A DNA stretch of 64,000 nt, from the IMG/VR virus record IMGVR_UViG_3300045988_130750, positions 32,001 through 96,000 of that record. One strand, 5' to 3'. Positions 62,775-64,000 of this stretch are shown here, piece by piece. The notes under the pieces are model-generated. The model had not been told where the DNA came from. It searched no databases and saw nothing but the letters and a program-made list of their open reading frames with translations. Numbering within the stretch: position 1 is the stretch's first letter; the number at the start of each line of letters is the position of its first letter. The translations under genes and the position numbers were made by a program. This DNA comes from a virus.

Positions 62775-63098
62775 ATGAAGAAACAAAGAAAACCAAAATG
62801 TGGTTATCAAATTGATAAATGCCCTATCTGTAAAGCAAAAACATTTGAGTATTGTTCTTATTCTGAATTCGGATGGGGAACAGTAGAACAGCATGGAAGT
62901 TGCAGTAGGTGTGGTTTTATAGTTGAACAAGCATACTCATCAACATTTTGTTGTTTTTGGGATATTGAGAAAGGATTCAAACATCCAAACGGAACATATT
63001 ATGCTAAAAATGTTAAAAAGCATAAAAGAATAAGAAGAAAACTTGGTATCAAAAATACGGATTATGAGATTAACCCAGAGTGGCTTAACTACATTTAA
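62775..63098 (+). CDS. Hypothetical zinc-ribbon protein
   Basis: ATG at 62775 after AAGGAGA. CPICKAK...CSRCG. Confidence 0.65.
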   Translation: MKKQRKPKCGYQIDKCPICKAKTFEYCSYSEFGWGTVEQHGSCSRCGFIVEQAYSSTFCCFWDIEKGFKHPNGTYYAKNVKKHKRIRRKLGIKNTDYEINPEWLNYI

Positions 63099-63188
63099 AG
63101 GATAACAAGAAACCTGTCTTTCTTTGGTTCGTAACAGAGAATTAATAAATAATAAAGTGATTTCTTTGGTTTTGTAGGAGGTGATTTG

Positions 63189-63521
63189 ATGTCGAAGATA
63201 AATTATCGTGTATGTGATATTTGTGGAAATAGAATTCCTGGTTTTGAATTTGATATTACAGGGATTGCCAAAAGATATATTAATGGCTGTCGAATTTGGA
63301 ATAAACTATTTAACAGATTGGATATCTGTGATGATTGCATTGATAAAATCAAGCGATTGTCCATAGATAAGAAAGATGAAGAGAAATACATAAAAGAAAT
63401 TTTTGATAAAGCAAAAGATTATGATAATCCAAATTTAAAGTCTGCTTATTATCAAGGTATTGAAGATACACTAAATGTTTTGAGTCATAAGAGATTAAAG
63501 AATTTGCCAAAACTAAGATGA
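63189..63521 (+). CDS. Hypothetical zinc-ribbon protein
   Basis: ATG at 63189 after TAGGAGGTGA. CDICGN...CDDC. Confidence 0.65.
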   Translation: MSKINYRVCDICGNRIPGFEFDITGIAKRYINGCRIWNKLFNRLDICDDCIDKIKRLSIDKKDEEKYIKEIFDKAKDYDNPNLKSAYYQGIEDTLNVLSHKRLKNLPKLR

Positions 63522-63616
63522 AATTTTGGTTTCTTTGGTTGTCACGAAAACTATACAATATTCGGGACAAGCTAAGTAAAACCACGTTTCCTTTGGTTGT
63601 GAAAGTAGGTGAGAAT

Positions 63617-64000
63617 TTGAAAAATATATTTTTAGAAGCTGCTACGAATTACGACAAGATGAGTGATTCAGAAAAAGCAGAAGCAAATGATAATATCAGA
63701 AAACAATTTGACAATATCATTCATGGCAATCATCCGAAAACAGAACGAGAAAAAGAGATTGATAAACTTGCAAGAGAAGAATTAGAGGAGTACAGACGAA
63801 AGAAGAAAGCCTTTTATACCAACCCCATTCATTGGGATAATAATAAACGTAGAAGACATGGACTTCCTGTATTAAGAGGTAGAATCAATAAACACCGTTT
63901 AAAAGAATATCCAGGATTCCATCCATCTGTACGACTCTTTTGTATGATGGAAGACTTATTCGATGAGATACTGATTACAACTATGGAGGATGGTTTTAAT
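63617..64000 (+). CDS. Hypothetical protein, 5' part (runs off right edge)
   Basis: TTG start after AGTAGGTGAG, open to the window end. Reads LKNIFLEAATNYDKMSDSEKAEAND... Not in the track because there is no stop. Confidence 0.5.
   Translation, partial: MKNIFLEAATNYDKMSDSEKAEANDNIRKQFDNIIHGNHPKTEREKEIDKLAREELEEYRRKKKAFYTNPIHWDNNKRRRHGLPVLRGRINKHRLKEYPGFHPSVRLFCMMEDLFDEILITTMEDGFN

Larger units (their letters stand above)
32904..63590 (+). repeat. Dispersed intergenic dyad motif (G/T)AAA-N6-TTTC-W3-GG, more than 20 copies just upstream of Shine-Dalgarno sites
   Basis: Copy start coordinates are listed in the first finding. All copies are on the + strand, between a stop codon and the next SD. 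Confidence 0.7.

Noticed and set aside
32904-63590. Whether the dispersed repeats are a CRISPR array or MITEs
   Set aside because: The copies are only about 14-25 nt long, are separated by whole genes of variable length, and always sit at stop-to-SD junctions. There is no regular repeat-spacer periodicity and no terminal inverted repeats enclosing a unit.

Overview
AT-rich, very gene-dense segment of a large tailed phage or prophage of a low-GC Firmicute. Support for the host type: strong GGAGG ribosome-binding sites and Cheo-type LexA boxes. A YonO-like RNA polymerase plus an HU-like protein resemble SPbeta-type phages. The window has two divergent arms. About 1-24.2 kb is transcribed leftward: partial terL at the left edge, three homing-endonuclease-like genes, a tRNA cluster, a tyrosine recombinase, a TnpB-only IS insertion, the YonO-like RNAP and a ParB-like protein. 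About 24.9-64 kb is transcribed rightward: roughly 90 mostly tiny ORFs, an RHH regulator with palindromic promoters, a CI/Cro-like switch, a Bro-N antirepressor, a second tyrosine recombinase, MazF-like and HicA-like toxins, a sigma-like/DUF262 fusion, an RlaP-like NTase + CCA-adding enzyme + DHH phosphoesterase cluster, a C5 DNA methyltransferase, a macro-domain protein and an HNH nuclease. I fold eight tRNAs by hand: Trp, Glu, 2x Asn, Lys, 2x Gln, Met. The signals I rate highest are non-genic. (1) A dyad motif, (G/T)AAA-N6-TTTC, sits between the stop codon and the SD of more than 20 rightward genes. (2) A hammerhead type-III-like fold lies between two genes. (3) Two anticodon-less tRNA-like structures bracket one gene. 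(4) Two ORF-free, hairpin-rich regions of about 1.1 kb and about 0.6 kb abut tRNA or tRNA-like elements and are candidate large structured RNAs. (5) LexA-boxed phage promoters. All functional calls come from motif recognition by eye; no database search was run.
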